In this document: positions 1-14,389 of the stretch, one piece after another | How positions within the stretch are numbered: the stretch's first letter is position 1 | Layout: each line of letters starts with the position of its first letter | Translations under genes and position numbers: made by a program | Source of the DNA: Iphione sp. A-MEVVRFRX5 | Taxonomy: Eukaryota | Assembly (NCBI GenBank): GCA_976226885.1 | Contig: OZ320313.1 | Location: 121,334,001 to 121,398,000, forward strand | Reading direction: 5' to 3' | DNA: 64,000 bases | Notes under the pieces: generated by a model | Databases searched by the model: none | Seen by the model: the letters and a program-made list of their open reading frames with translations, nothing else | Told to the model about the DNA's origin: nothing

Positions 1-3000
1 GAAAATGGCCAAAACGGTACCATTTCTTTGCAGCTTTGAGGGCATTGCTGGAAAGTCAAACACGTATACATTAGCTTGCATATCTCTAAATATGAGAAAA
101 TACGTAGGGAGAACATTCCTATAATGCTTTAGTGACGACAGATTGATGGGTAGTGACCGAATATATAACACGTATGATATTAAGGTAGCATGCTTTGCCT
201 CTTGCCTCTACTCAACACCAGGGTAAGGACATTTGTGACGATCCTTTGTGTCGGGAAATGCCATTGTTCAAATATCCACACGTCAGTGGCGGTATTTGTG
301 AAACTGGAAATTATATTCTTGCTACCACAGATGGTCCATTCTCAAAATGGACCCATCAATGGTGATCCATTTTGGAGAGAAAAGCAACAACAGCTGGTGC
401 AAAGAGGCCCTTGAATTCATGATGTAGTTAATCTTTGGGGTATATTTTTGTCATGACTTTCGTGTATGGTATTTTTACCAAGAATGTTGAAAAATTATCT
501 GATGTATTATGCATTATGAGCAGGACCTCCGAGGGTTATTTCGATATAATTTAGCATTGGTGATGGTGCTTTTGTTAGCTATCTATGATGAGACACCACT
601 GTGGGAATACACTGAATGGGCTAGAGTCTGTCACTGACTTACCACCCTTCATTATCCTTCAGTCTTATTGGTATTGCCTCACCGAGGGATATGCTGCTTA
701 TGCTCCTAGGGGTGGGATAGAGAGGTCAGGTTAAGAAGAAGGCAATGTCCAAAATTTATGAAAAAAATCACATTTCTCAATAAAAATTAAATAATAGCAA
801 GAACCTCAGTGGTTTGGTCATAACCTCTTTACATTCAATGCGAGTCGATGGCATGATCCATATCAATCTCAAGTAGCTGGACGAAGCCAGGAGCTGGATT
901 TGTCCCACTGTGTCACTGATTATTTACAAGCTTAGCAACCTTAGTATGCATTTTGATGATCATTTGATTCATCCTATTGACCTGAATAAAACGTAGCTAT
1001 TTTTATAATAAATTATGGGACCGGAGTCATGGCAATAAGGCTATACTAGGTTCAATTCTTTAGGCAGTTGTTTTTGGTTTGATGTTGCAAACTAAGTTAT
1101 TGTATCTTCTTACAGTGTGTCGGCATTTTACACCAGACTGATTCTCCCTTAAGTCTGATCGGCAGCGATTTTTTTGTATTTTAGATTCATGACATGATTT
1201 CTTACTTTTAATCATATATAATTCTAATTTGAAACCTTCATAAATCAATTCTACCAGTTACAACACTAAAAATAGGTATAATTTGTTACTGGCAATTAGT
1301 TTTTGTTGCTTCTCTTCCAATCTAAAGTTAGTCGCCCTAGCCGAAACCTATGTCTAAACAGCTTTTGTATCAATGTCGATGATTCTTTAAAATTTTAAAG
1401 TCTATTTCCATCTCCAGAAGGTGAATAGATAGATCTGGGCACAATGCCAAAATGATTTAGACACTTGGTGATTTGTGGATTTTAGATATGTTCATTTCAG
1501 GAAATATTTAATACAATGACAGGAATCTCACATCTAAGGATGTTCACTTGACCTATGTATTTGACTTGTTTATTAAGTGTAATCCTAACATCTCTACTTA
1601 GTTTTTCACTGTAACCTTTAGTAATAAATGTAATTTACATTGTGTAGTCTCCATCATGTAATCACATTATATCCAACACTGAACATTCATTAAATCATAC
1701 TAATCTTGGCATTTTTACATTGTACTATCCCTGACATAACTTTAGGAACAGTGTTGCCTGATATATGAATGAAATAAATATATACAAGAATCAACAGAAG
1801 GTAGATTACATGTCCCCCCAGAAGTATAGGGCTTTTCTTCATTAGTCTCTGCTTCTTATTTGTTTCCTGAGTGCCAGCTTTTTAAAATTAGTGCCTCTAT
1901 ACATATAGATTTTCATGATTCTAAATTTCAATTAATGATGATGATGTTTAAGTGGCATTTTTAATGTTGATTGGCCACACCAGCCACCTGAAAACTAGGA
2001 AAAGGAGTGTTTTATGAGAATAGGCACACTGTCATAGTAAGAACAGATTTAACTTTAGAATGGAAACGAGTAGGGGGAATATTGTGAAAAATAGATACAC
2101 TTGAATATCGAATAGAGATTTCAATTCTATAGCGCAAAGATCAGAGGAGAGTTAGCAGATAGCAGGAGACTCCTGTTGTAAGAGTAAATTTCAATTCTTT
2201 GTGACATGTGGCCTTTAACTCGAAAAGCCGGCTTTCGTATTAATACCATAATGAATTTCGAAATTCTTGCGGTCGTGGTTAGACAACACATGCAGCTAAA
2301 GGGACTAAATCAATTTACTCCCTGCACACACGATCCCCTGCCCAGAGCCTCCTTTCAATATAACATTTTATATAATTTCACATCTACAACTACTTTCTTT
2401 TGCCATCTTAACATCTTGCCAGTGCGTGCCGATTGTGTGCAGGCATATTTTATCTGTCTGAAAAGATGTAGATGGTGGAAAAGATAGCACAATCTGATAG
2501 GGATTACAACAAGCCTCTTAGCCATGTTGTCGCAACGGCTCTGATCAACAGAATGAGACTTTTCTACCATAGTGGTCTTCAGAGCCAGCGTAATGATGTA
2601 AACTTAGCTAGAAGAGACGTCATCTTTTACTCCTCTTTATTTTCGTAATGAAAGACATGGGACTGGGCCAATGTACAACAGGTTATTGTAGCGAGGCATG
2701 TTGCCTTTAAATTAAATGCTGATCGCGATCATATTTTGATCGGATTATCAATTTTACAAACATCAAGCATCAAAGAAACAAAGTATCTGTTCAATGGGCA
2801 CCTAGAATGGAGTCATCCCGAAGGAGATCAATATTTTCAATCACAACCTGATAATATTGGCTTTTGTCGTATGAAATCTGGATCATCAGTTTTAGCAAAC
2901 AAAAAAAATGAACAAAAGCGTTTTTTTATCCCGATAGATACCAGTCGAAATGGTAGCTGGATTGGGATTGAAATTAGACGATGGCGTTTGGGGCATGCAA

Positions 3001-6000
3001 TGCAATTTTGAAAACATGATATGTATATGGCCTTCATGAATTCTGCATAACAAACCTATTGCTGCATACAGAAAGTACTTTGACGCACCGCTTTGGGAAT
3101 ACCGCAGCCCATACCCGGGAGAGAGGTATGGCATGGCGAGTAGATAACATTGGAGGAGGTGTCTCCATCTGGTAGTCACATACCCACGGGCTTACGCCAA
3201 CCAACCGCCCAGCCCTGGCCACGCCAGGTCGTACAGAAGCCTTGCAGGCTTGCATCAACTTCTTGCCGCCGCTTACAGCGACACCAGCGGTTATCAGACT
3301 TCAATCACCAACCAATCATACTTCACAGCTATGCGGTATTCTCATGACGTGTCGGTCACGTGGAGACGCCAACTACTTCTTGTAACTAATGTGACTGTGA
3401 TCCTTGCCCAGTGCACGCGATTTCGTTTTTCCCCCATGCATTCTACCGATACAGAATCCATGAATTTATTATAAACGTCATGAAAACATACCACTCCTTC
3501 TCCCAGTACAGATATTACATGTAAATCTAATACAGTAGAGACCCTTCAATGAAACCAAGCTTAGAACTGGCCAATTTTTGGCCTGTCCTCATGGTGGTCT
3601 CCATGGGGGCCTGGTAATGCAATGGAAACGTACATTCATGAGGTACGTTCTTGAAGAGCTCGGTCTATGTCAAGGTTGTGTTTCTATGTAGGTTGGTCTT
3701 AAAGTCTTGTATTTATCCATGGTTCCGGTAACTCTTTACTCTATACGCAGATTATATATATGAATTACACAATATCATGGAACTCTGCTAACAGTAATGC
3801 GATACGATGTTTTCTTCTTAGCCATGTGCTATTATTGTAAAACGACGCTCTTTGTATGCGAATTACGAAAGCAACGGTTCGCATACGTGTAAGGACAGAG
3901 CACTCATTTTTATTTCTCTTCTGAAAATTTAAATAAAAGTAGTGGTATGGTATCATGAGAACTTTGACTATCACAATCATAGTTCAAATTTCATCTACAA
4001 TGGAAAGGGATGAGACTGAGATTCCTTTTTCCTTTTCAGCTGTATTTGCGTCACGAGAACCTAACGCCTTTAATCTGTGGATGGCGTAGAAGGCTTTGCC
4101 ATGCTTATTATTTGCTTCATTCCTTTCAACATGTCTAGCTGCTGTAAAATAAATTTTATGGGGACATTGGTATTCAAAATGCGTAACTACATCCAGATTG
4201 GACTAAGAATATAAGGGAGTAAATCACCGGTCATGTCTGTTTGTGAAATGCAACTCATGAAGGTAAATTCATTACAAATTGTGTGTGCATGAACAGGAAG
4301 TTCAAAATCAATGCGCACAGAAATGTACTGATCTCAGTGTGTTTCCAGCACATTTCTTTGCGTTGTTGATTCCTGATGTCAAAAATAAACAATCTCCTCA
4401 GTATCGGAGAAGTGTCTCCCCACATTCCATGGATCGCGGTATATTTCCGATGTTTACTCTGACGGTTCTGTGAATATTTATTTGTTCTAATAGTTTTCCT
4501 TCCTAATTCATTCATCTTTTTACAATTTCAGTTACCTGATTAACACTTTTTATATTTATACTTTGATGTTTTTTTAAATCTTTATTTATCTCACAAGTCT
4601 TTTTCCATGGTTCTTTATCGGATGAGTGTCGTCTTTTTATAGACTTTATTATTTCATTGGTGCAGGTCCCTTTCTAAACAATATTCATCAGCTAAGAGGC
4701 ATCCATTCGATCTGGTGGTAGTCAGTTCATCAAAAGTAATTGTGCAACATTTCAATAATCGATACATATCATGCAGATTTACGAACAGATGGATGGTCTA
4801 AACACAAGTGCTATCTGATTGCTTACCTCTAAGGAAGAAAAATTATTGGCAGAATCGCATGCTCTTATTTTGATGGATATGCACGAATGCACATACGGAT
4901 TCTCTGACATAGACAACTGTGTTTACTTTTGTCTTAAAAATTCATACTCAATTTGATGGACATATAATTTCCCCCAAAACGTAGTAAACCAATAGTGCCA
5001 TTGTCACAAATAGTATAATCAGTGTAATACCAATCAAATGTATATATATATGCTGGGGTGTGATTTAGTGTTTTTACTGGTATTGAAAATACAGTTTTAT
5101 GCAAACAATATTTCAGATGCAGTCCTCACTACACCTGAACACCATCCATGCAGACATTCATGAAGAACAAAGGTTGTGCCTAGAAGGAACACCTCAGATA
5201 TTGCAGACAGAAAGGCAGAATCCCATAGGGCATCAGCCTTGACATAAGCTTGAAGGTGATTTTCACAACGTGTCTGGTAAGGTAACCAGACAGTGCTCTT
5301 CTGGCGTAAATGGCAATGGCGTATTGCACAAGAACAGGTGTGCCGAGAGGCGTACGTAGCAACATGCTACGCCGCAAAGAGTAAACATACTTCGCGTTGG
5401 CCGCATTAGATCTAGGTACAGCATGCAGGCCAGATACAGCTACACGGACTCTAGTCACTATATACTCCAGAAAAAGGTGCAAAAATTAACATGTAATACA
5501 TCAAATGAATAGCATGCCTATAGAAGGAAACGCTTGACGTCTAGTTAAGGATTCTCGATTGCAAGCTCCTCTTGAGATAATTGTATCGAGAAAATAATGG
5601 CATTAACAATGCAGCAATCCTGTCATGCACGGTTCCTAACAAATTAACTTTAGGTGATCGTTTTAGTTCTTTTGTGCAAATCAAATCGATGGTATAGTGC
5701 CATGAGAAACTGAGAGCAACAGCAACGAGCTACGGCATAGTACTCCATCACTAAGACGACAAAACCATAGGCGTAGATTATTGCTAACGTACTGCAGTGT
5801 AAACAAAGGACGAGTAATTGCTGTGAGCTTGTACAAAGTGACCATCGTTGGAGACATACAAGCGATAATCAATACGCCGAACAATTGCATAGATACTACC
5901 TACATAGATACAAGGTCAGGTGCGGTGCAACAGAACGCAACTAGCCTATCGATTAGCGGAACGGCGAATGCCTCTTACCAAGTTCTGTGAACCAAGCTTC

Positions 6001-8341
6001 AATGAAGGAAGGAAAGCACAAGCACATCATGTTAAAATCATTCCAGATCTCTGATCAACGAGTAGCAAAGCAAGGAGCGTATGATTTATGGCGTGAGAAA
6101 TAGGATAAAATGCTCAAATTCTGTATCATCCAAGGGAATCAAAATTGGATGAGGCCACTGTACAGTCCACAGAAGCTGAAAACTATTACTGTATGCTGTA
6201 GTTTAGAAATAGAAACAACACATGGAGTGGATGCAAGATATACAAGAGAAAAACTATACGGTATAAGACTCGCTTCTATTACTAACAAATTGTATTAGTG
6301 TTATTGCGACAATATGACTGAAAATCTGAATATACTGCAAAAAATATCGTAAAATTCCTCAAATGAGAGCAGGCTGGGAACTGAGCAGTTTTCTGTTCTC
6401 CACGTTTGTTTTATAATAGAAGGTTGGTAATATATTGAAATGCATATGTACGGATCTTCAAGAGTTTGGTCATTATCAAGGCATTTACAGAAGTCGGCAT
6501 GTAAATGGGTTTTTACTGTATTTTTGTATTAATTTACTACAAATAACGTGTGCAGGTCATGGTCTAAGAAGTGGCAGCCAAAACCACGACGTCACTTCAT
6601 CAAAAGCATAAATGTGGGGCACACTGTACCGAAAAAATATCATTAAAGGTAATCTTTAAAAATAGTAAGAATGGTTAAGTAGCACAAAATACGGATCTCT
6701 AAATGCAAGCATTTTTATTGCTGACAGCGGGAAAGACGAAATGGCTACGGAGCGGGAGGTTTCGTACTGGATGGTGATTGGTTTTCGAGATCAAAACCTA
6801 ACAAGAAATCATATACTCTATTTTCACGTAGAGAGGGTACTCCGCACGGTGTCTCAGCATCAATAATCTACGATGAGGCTGCGACTATTCGGGAGTTTCT
6901 CATTCAAATGGTAAACGGTTATTCCAGCCCCACAGAACTCGTTTTTTCCCTTTGATCTTGAACACTGAACAGGACTTTGTGATATAAAATGCCAAGTTTT
7001 CAGTGACTGTAATTTGAAAGATTCGTCAAAATAAAACCATCCAAAGTTGTTGTGTATTAAATGGTGTTTTGCCACCATTCTGTTATTTAATTGATCCATT
7101 CTGTAGATGGTAAAAAATTGGTTTGGATTGAGTGGATAATATGTAGGCAGAAAGCTTTTGTAGTTAAGGTTCACAAGCCGTTAGTAAACAACGCGTGTTT
7201 GAAATACAAAAGGTGTCAGCAAACAAAGTTCAAACCAGAATCGATGGTGGTCAACATGGCTTTCTTTGGTCCTTGACACAGGTCAACCAGAGGTCATTTT
7301 TGATCAACACATTTGTCAGATATTTGTGCTACCAAAACGGAATTATTTCAGCCATCTCTACCCAGACACCTATAAGTTTTCTCTGATTGTCATTCTCTGC
7401 CGTAGGGTCGTGTAGTTTGGTTTGGTTCGCCACAATGAAGAGAAGGCCGAGTTCTTTTCTGCCGAAGCAAACAGGCTTGCGCGGAGCGCAGCCAGCGAGG
7501 CCGATTTGGTTAACAGAGAGAAGCCATCATCATGTTCAGACGGCTGGGCTAACTGACTTGGTTACCACCGTCTAAATGCACCCCACGACTGTATTACGTT
7601 ACAAAATAGAAAATAGTCCAGAGTGTCCTGTTTCTTTCTATAATAGACAAAGCCTGGAGCCAAAGACGACTGGTAGGTAGGGTTTTTCGTCGTCTGGCTC
7701 AAATTCTGTTGTGTTCAAGTGCAGGCAGATACATGTATAGGCTTCTTGTACTAATAAATTAGACTGGGCAACACAAAGATTCATTATCGCGATAGAAAGA
7801 TAAAATCAGACTCCACCGGGTTTATGAGGTGTACAATCAATAATGATTCTGGTCTAATCCCCTGTGTACCATTATCCTCTAATAAATATTTCATTCTTAA
7901 TGATGCGTCTCAATTTCGTTCCCATTCTACGTTTATATTGATATATTTTGCTCGTTTCGTGGCTTTGACAATAGGCCGTTAGTTAAGATGTTAATAGATT
8001 CAAAGTTGTCAAATCATTTTCTTCCTGCCTCAAAATATAAAGATGTCTTCCGTAAAACGGCTCCAATAGCTTTATTTTGATTGTCTTGGTCACCCAGTTA
8101 GATTAGTAATCAAACTTAAACTCGGAGGTAAGCTCGAGTCCTTTCTGGTAACTGCAATTAAGTGAAAGATATTCTACCCCTACTGCCATATAGAGTATAG
8201 CCTCAGCACTACGTAATAGAGGTATAATATTCTTCAATGCATGTGGATGTTTTTCCTCCAATGCGACGGCCGTCATACAAAGAGGCGACAAGGTGTAAGT
8301 AAACAGCCTTGTGTAAAAGCTTATGAAACCAATAGCCCCAC

Positions 8342-8521
8342 CTATTGAGCAAGTCTGTCGACTCCTCCTTCTCTTCGCCCGCTCCGGATGAGTTCACCCG
8401 ACGAGCCACCGAGTGTCGACCGGGCATCGGAGACGGAGACGATCCCCCGCCGGAACGGTCGCGCCGGCGGGTCGACAGACGCGACATGAACGACGAGTTG
8501 TGCTTGAACTTCTCTCGCTCA
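8342..8521 (-). CDS. KCNQ: KCNQ helix A-B linker exon
   Basis: ctctcgttgcag|T GAG...AAT AG|gtgggg; 180 bp, phase 2-2 matching exon 7; EREKFKHNSSFMSRLSTRRRDRSGGGSSPSPMPGRHSVARRVNSSGAGEEKEESTDLLN; the FKHNSSF..RL.T.RR segment resembles the linker I recall from insect KCNQ; GC-rich coding-like composition. Confidence 0.8.
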
Positions 8522-10617
8522 CTGCAACGAGAGGTGATCAACATTTGAGACGTTGGATCTGGATTGCATTGTCTCTGAGCAGTAGAGCGCCTTCAGGATG
8601 ATGTTTCGTTGACTGGACTGAAAGTATCATTGTATACTTGTCATTGAGATCTAGTTACTTGTTTTCGTTTCTATTCAAGATAAAGCAAATGCTTACAAGA
8701 CTAATGCTTTGATATGCAGAGTAAACGCAGTGTGAATACTAACAGTAATGGCCATTCTAAACACTGCGAGGGAATAAATTCCGAATGTATGACGTAAAAT
8801 TATATTTAGTCTTCGATAATTATCTCCACAGAATTAATTTCTATTGATTATCGGTCTATTATTTTGCTCAACGACTTGCAAGAAACTTAGAGGAGACCTC
8901 AATAGTTTGACAGCAATAATTTCTACGCCATAGAAAATAATCATTCTTACTGAACTAAAATGAGAACTCCAATTAAATCTTGACGTACTAGTTAATTATT
9001 CTAATCACTTACAACCATGCGAGAGAAAATGAAAGATGAAGAAAACATATACATATCCTGTAAAGAAAAGAGAAGAAAGTTTACAACAAAGCAAACTCTG
9101 CCTTAAGTATCAGTTTCAAACACATGCAGTGTGTGCATGAAGAAAGTATCAGCTGAAAATGGGGCAGACACCCCAAAGTTGAATGCAAATACAGTTGGCA
9201 GAATTTCAGAAGAAATTTATGCAACTAATGAAGGATGCATAATGAAATAGTATGCTGCGGTCTGGTCTATGCACTGTGTACCTTTGATTGGCTCCATTTA
9301 TTATTTGCTATAAAGATAATTTAGAGTGTATCCTTCATCCACGCAGAATTCAACATTCTAAAGTTTATGATTAGGAATAAGGCTCAGAATATCAATAATC
9401 GTGAATGGTGCACATAGTATCATTTATGGAAAACTTATCATGCCAGCCAAAACGTTATGATATTTGATTCCTGTATACTTGCAGCATCACATATACAATG
9501 AGACTAAGCACAGGGCTCATAATGCCAGGTTTGTTTATCACCTGCCGACAATGATCAATATATTACAAATAGGCGAGCACATGCTGCCAGCAACGATAAA
9601 TACAACAGTGCTAAAAGAAGCCTTCTTCAAAGGATTCTAGTCGGCAGTACTGTTGTGTGTGTGATTTATGATACCACAGATTATTCATCGTACGCCCGAA
9701 CGTGGTAGAGATAGTCGCATGAAAGTTGCCTAAGATAACAAAAGCCTTTCAGGTAGTAAGAAGGGTAAATGCATTCTTTTTGCTGCTGTCAGACCGTTTG
9801 AGATCTCCGGCCAAAGGGTCTGTAATTCGTGTCGTAGGGTTTTAAGCCTCCTAGAGAAAGCTATTTCTAGTGCTTTAATGAAACGGAGGGATGATGGCAA
9901 AGTCAATAACATGTATTAGCTGAAAAGAAAACGTTCCGCCCGAACAGGTCATTCCTACAAACAAGATAATACTATAAAAGTGGTAATCTCACGCATGAAA
10001 ACGTATAGACCGTCGTGTCCCACACGTCACATCAATTAATGGCAAATGTGTCCTTCGAACACTTTAAAACTCCGATGAATTACCAACAAGATACGGCATT
10101 GATATAAGAATTCTTGTTTCAACAGGACAGCCTTCGTTATTAAGGCGTCAGGGTATTACGTCGTTTTCTGTCGATGCTGCATATTCATTTTTGGAAGAAA
10201 TGTTGGATTAATTCATCCTGATGTCAAGTTTATGTCGATGTTGACGCTGATGAGTTCTGAGCACGAGGCAGGTATAATTGGTAGACTAATGGCAGTGTCA
10301 GAGAGGGCTTGATGTGACGGGCGGGCTCGCACAGGAGAAAATGGTGCATTTATAGTACAATGTAGAAGACAATGCTCAAGAGAATGGCCACGCTGAATAC
10401 GATAAACATGTAACAAGGCTGTAACATCAAGTGCACAGGCAAAGCAGCGGCCAACAGATGTCGACACCAGTGAACACATGGGAGAGCTAGAGCATAGAGT
10501 GTACAGGATCGATGTGGCAGTAAATGTTGAAGGCAATGGCAGTAAGTAGTAGAAGTGGTGGGGGGTGGCAGGTTGGATGTGACTTCAGGAGTCGTTCGGA
10601 GCAAACGACAAAGACGC

Positions 10618-10732
10618 CTACTCCTCGTGTTCGGAGCCGGAGTCCTCGTCGTCACTGGACGCAGTGAAGGACCATTTAAAGACTTCTTTCATTTTGTACC
10701 AGGCTGCCGGACTCCGCGTGCGGTGAATGGTG
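10618..10732 (-). CDS. Candidate alternative terminal exon of KCNQ (short isoform)
   Basis: gaatttcag|C ACC ATT...GAG GAG TAG; phase-2 acceptor compatible with exon 7; TIHRTRSPAAWYKMKEVFKWSFTASSDDEDSGSEHEE*; AATAAA on minus strand at about 9297-9302. Confidence 0.45.
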
Positions 10733-12228
10733 CTGAAATTCACGAATTCCATAAAAAAAACTGCCGATTGAATATTATTGGTATTTTTGAAACTATGCTT
10801 CGCATGGTGACGAGCTGAAACATAAGATCGCGCGATAGCTTATTGGTAAATGTAAGGGGGGAAAAACTCTACAAAACCAGGTGGGCACTGCTGTGTGCAA
10901 AATGATGTAACGGCCATACATGCCCTGAAAAGTGATAACTGAAGAAGACGCCACCTATCGGATTCTGCATGATTTACAAATCTCATTAACCAGATCTTTA
11001 ATGGAATTACTTTTACAGACGTTAATGTAATGCATGGTCAAATAAAATATTTCTGGTGATTTTACACACATGAAAATACATTTGCGTCGGCTTGTTGGAA
11101 AGAAAAACTGAAACGAATTAACCATAGTCAAAAACAGCTCTTTGAGTCACATGTCAAAATCCAAACAATATGGCTTCAAATGGCAAGAAAAATCCTCATT
11201 CGGTGCAGATACATACAAGCAGGGACACCAGTTTGGCCCTCAGGATCTTTTAGTTCCGCCTAAAAATTTGCTGAAGCAACTTAGCCCTGAAGATTAATTT
11301 CGCTTAATTCAGGTGCGGTAATACAACACGAGCAGTTGCGCGGTTTCCGAAACCGCTCCAATTTTGACCTGTCGTTATCACTGGGGGTTCGCGGAAGTCA
11401 AACTTAATCATATATGAAGCTGCGCCATTGTGATGCATTCCCTCATCATCATTGGCTGAATTATTACAGGACCTTTGCAACCTGGCGTCACATCCATGAA
11501 TCACATGTGTGATTTATGAGAAATTCCAAAGGAAATTGAATAAGTTTACGAAATAGCCTGCATCGTGTTACGGTACACCCTGCTGAGGAAAACGAAAAGA
11601 GCCATCAAGAGAAGCTCTGTTGTTTTTATGGGACTGTTGAAACAGGTTTGTTTTCTGTTTTTCAAGCTTAGGTTTGCAGCCATGCGCCCCCTGTCCGTCA
11701 TTATAGACATGGAGTAGAGCGATCAATAATGAAAGAAAATTAACTTGTGGGAGCGGGCAGCTACCGGTCACTTTATAATGTGCTTCTCACTACAAGGATA
11801 TCATGCATAATGTGGGGTGAGCCGACAAGAGGATGGGCTGTCTAATGCGGGTTACCGCCAGGAGGTGCCTCCGTCGTTCGGCGTAATTACCACTCAGTGG
11901 ACGAGTGACCGTGTTAGAGGTGTAGGTCAACGGGGAAGGAAGACCGGTGAGAAAAGCCGGGAATATACGCACATGTGTGTATACTAGAGAAAAGGAGTAA
12001 TGGACACAAAGCGAAAACAAGAGAGAGCCGATATTGTGCAGTACCGCTGCAGTGAAGGCCCAGTTGCACTGGAAGCGACGAGTATAGCATAAATACCGTA
12101 TAGTATGATAAACAGCAACATGCAAAAAGTCCATCTTCCGTCTCGTGCGTATAGGCTTTGTGGCCTGCTTTCGCGTATGTCTGTCCTGAGGCATTTAGTG
12201 GTTATTGGAGTTCTAATGTTCTTATCCA

Positions 12229-12257
12229 TTAATCCCGATGGGGCAGAGATTCACCAT
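12229..12257 (-). CDS. Candidate second alternative terminal exon (coding part DGESLPHRD*)
   Basis: attttctgtacag|AT GGT GAA...GAT TAA; phase-1 acceptor. Confidence 0.25.
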
Positions 12258-12539
12258 CTGTACAGAAAATTAGCCTATCGGGAAGTATAGTCCACTGTTT
12301 AAAAACCGTCTTATATGTATATATATATATGTATATGAGACTAACAAGGGGTCCTCTCTCGCAGCGCCACACGATCACCTAAAATGTCCTCGTCTATACA
12401 CTGTCTGGTGCATTAATAAAGCTAACGTGAACATCTCAGCCATCAGTGTCTGTCTTCAGCAATGTCACAACCAAAGCTGTCAGTTTATATTCATTATGCA
12501 TGCCGGTTGATACAGCATCTACGTAATTAGATTGCGAGA

Positions 12540-12579
12540 TTCATACATATAGCAAAAAATTCATACATATAGCAATAAA
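12540..12579. repeat. 20-bp tandem duplication
   Basis: ttcatacatatagcaaaaaa ttcatacatatagcaataaa. Confidence 0.85.
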
Positions 12580-14281
12580 GGTTAATATTTGCAATAAAGA
12601 TGGGTACGTAAGATGATTGCACCAGTTAACTCTGATAACGGGAACTGATCGATATTCACTCCGATCCATATTCCCGCCACCCCGTACCATGTGAAGCATG
12701 AACCAGAAGGGCTAAAGCCATATCCGAACGACTCGCATGTTGATGGCTTGTGTTCCAGGACAGAAGAAGAGACGGGCAGATGCACAGCCCTTTACACCCC
12801 ATGCACTCGGACCATCACTGAACAAGCTGTTTATAGGAACTTCTGCAAGGCCTTGTTCCCTACAGAGCATTTGGTTAGTTGTAATATTTTATGGTCTGTT
12901 GATCTTAGATGCTTCAAAACGTATTCAGGGAGCGGTTCTAGTCAAGATTAAATAGTGTCCCTACAGGGCTCCAAATAGCCTTTCTACAAGGAATAATTCT
13001 TGTGGTGGAACTTAACCCAAGCTAAGGTTCAGCTCTCTAAAGGGTGCTGCCGACCCTACCGAGTAATTAGTTCAACTATGTGACGCAACAGTAAGTGCTA
13101 AATGATGTATATAAAGGTTCACACGTCTTTATAGACTCTTTATTACTGTCGTCTAGTTGGAATTCGATTATTTCTGTGGAGGCGGGAGAGGGGGGAGGGG
13201 GGTTGGATGGATGCCCTGATCCTCCTCACAGGCTCGCATATTGAAGGTTTCAATAGAAAAAGTACTATAAAATCTGCCAAGCAGAAAAGTGTTTACGAGA
13301 GCGGCATTGCGTTTTCCTCATATGTAGCAGTGGCAGGTTTGTATGTTCGACTAAACAAATGAATAGATTGAGGAATTTAATTTCGACAAAACAAATTCTG
13401 AAGTATGGAGGAGAGCAAATATATAGCAGGGATCTCGAGATAGGGGAGGGAAGCAAAAACACTACTAGAGCGTAATCAAATTCTGGGATGTAGAGAAGCC
13501 AGATGTAAATCTGACAGGAGAAGGATCCGGAGACAGTCACTCCAGTCATCGTAGTCTCTATATGGATATATGTTAACAGATGCCCTTCAAGTATCTGAGT
13601 AGCTTTTGTTAGAAACAATTGGTCTAATGCTGCTTGAAAAAGCATCCCGTATTAGGTGCTGTCCATCACGAAGAAATTAAATAAGCAGCAATTACTTTTG
13701 ACAAACTGGGTTGGGCGAGCCATGGTGGATTTTAATCATATCCTACCTGCAAATATAGAAGTCCAATCAAGAATGACGCGGTACTGCAATAAGCTCTCAA
13801 GTTTCAATGCAGGCAGCAGGTGCACGATTTATACACGCTCAAAGGAAAACTCCGTGGATATAAATCCACCTGTAGAGCTGCACTGTATAGCTTTTCTGAT
13901 GGCCTTTAAATTTACAGTCACAGTTTGTACCCTGCTAACCGTCGGCTCTCCTCACCTGTTACCTGTCAAGAGTAGGCAAGAGACTTTAAACAGATTTTCT
14001 CTTATATATAAATGTAATGTCGTCTCATGAATATGATGCTGGTTCATTAGTCATAGTTCGAGTTCTATTCATTTCTCTTTTCTGTTCTATTCATGCTCGG
14101 CCTACACTAAGTTGACCTCAACACTATTCCACCGTTTAATACATATATAATTTTTGTAGTTCAAGAGCAAGAAAGCGATGAAATAAAGAGATCTGAGTGA
14201 GGATTTCATGATGCCAAGGTCTTCACACCCATTACTTCGTCTTATCAGCCGCTTGCGAATGCCGCTGTGATGGTCTCTTAC

Positions 14282-14293
14282 CTTTTTTATGAC
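14282..14293 (-). CDS. Candidate 12-nt microexon
   Basis: gatgcaaacag|GTCATAAAAAAG|gtaaga; strong donor, weak polypyrimidine tract; open in phases 0 and 1. Confidence 0.25.
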
Positions 14294-14389
14294 CTGTTTG
14301 CATCATTTTAGATGACATCTTTGATAAGCCCGTGCATGACACTCCACATCCATACATGTACACGAGCAGATTTAATTAGTTCACCATAC

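Noticed and set aside
1300-2600. Possible decayed Penelope/LINE RT or GIY-YIG fragments
   Set aside because: Only faint motif resemblance (SLDVRFLSLY) amid many stops; not supportable without an HMM search
3500-7600. Coding-like patches (e.g. the minus-strand AARHVERNEANNKH...DEI* segment near 3980-4140) suggesting a decayed DNA transposon or terminal exon
   Set aside because: No recognisable domain, and the phase does not match the KCNQ linker exon
1-8340. KCNQ helix B/C exons (PYDVKDVIEQYS-like)
   Set aside because: No matching peptide found by eye on the minus strand; probably beyond the window start
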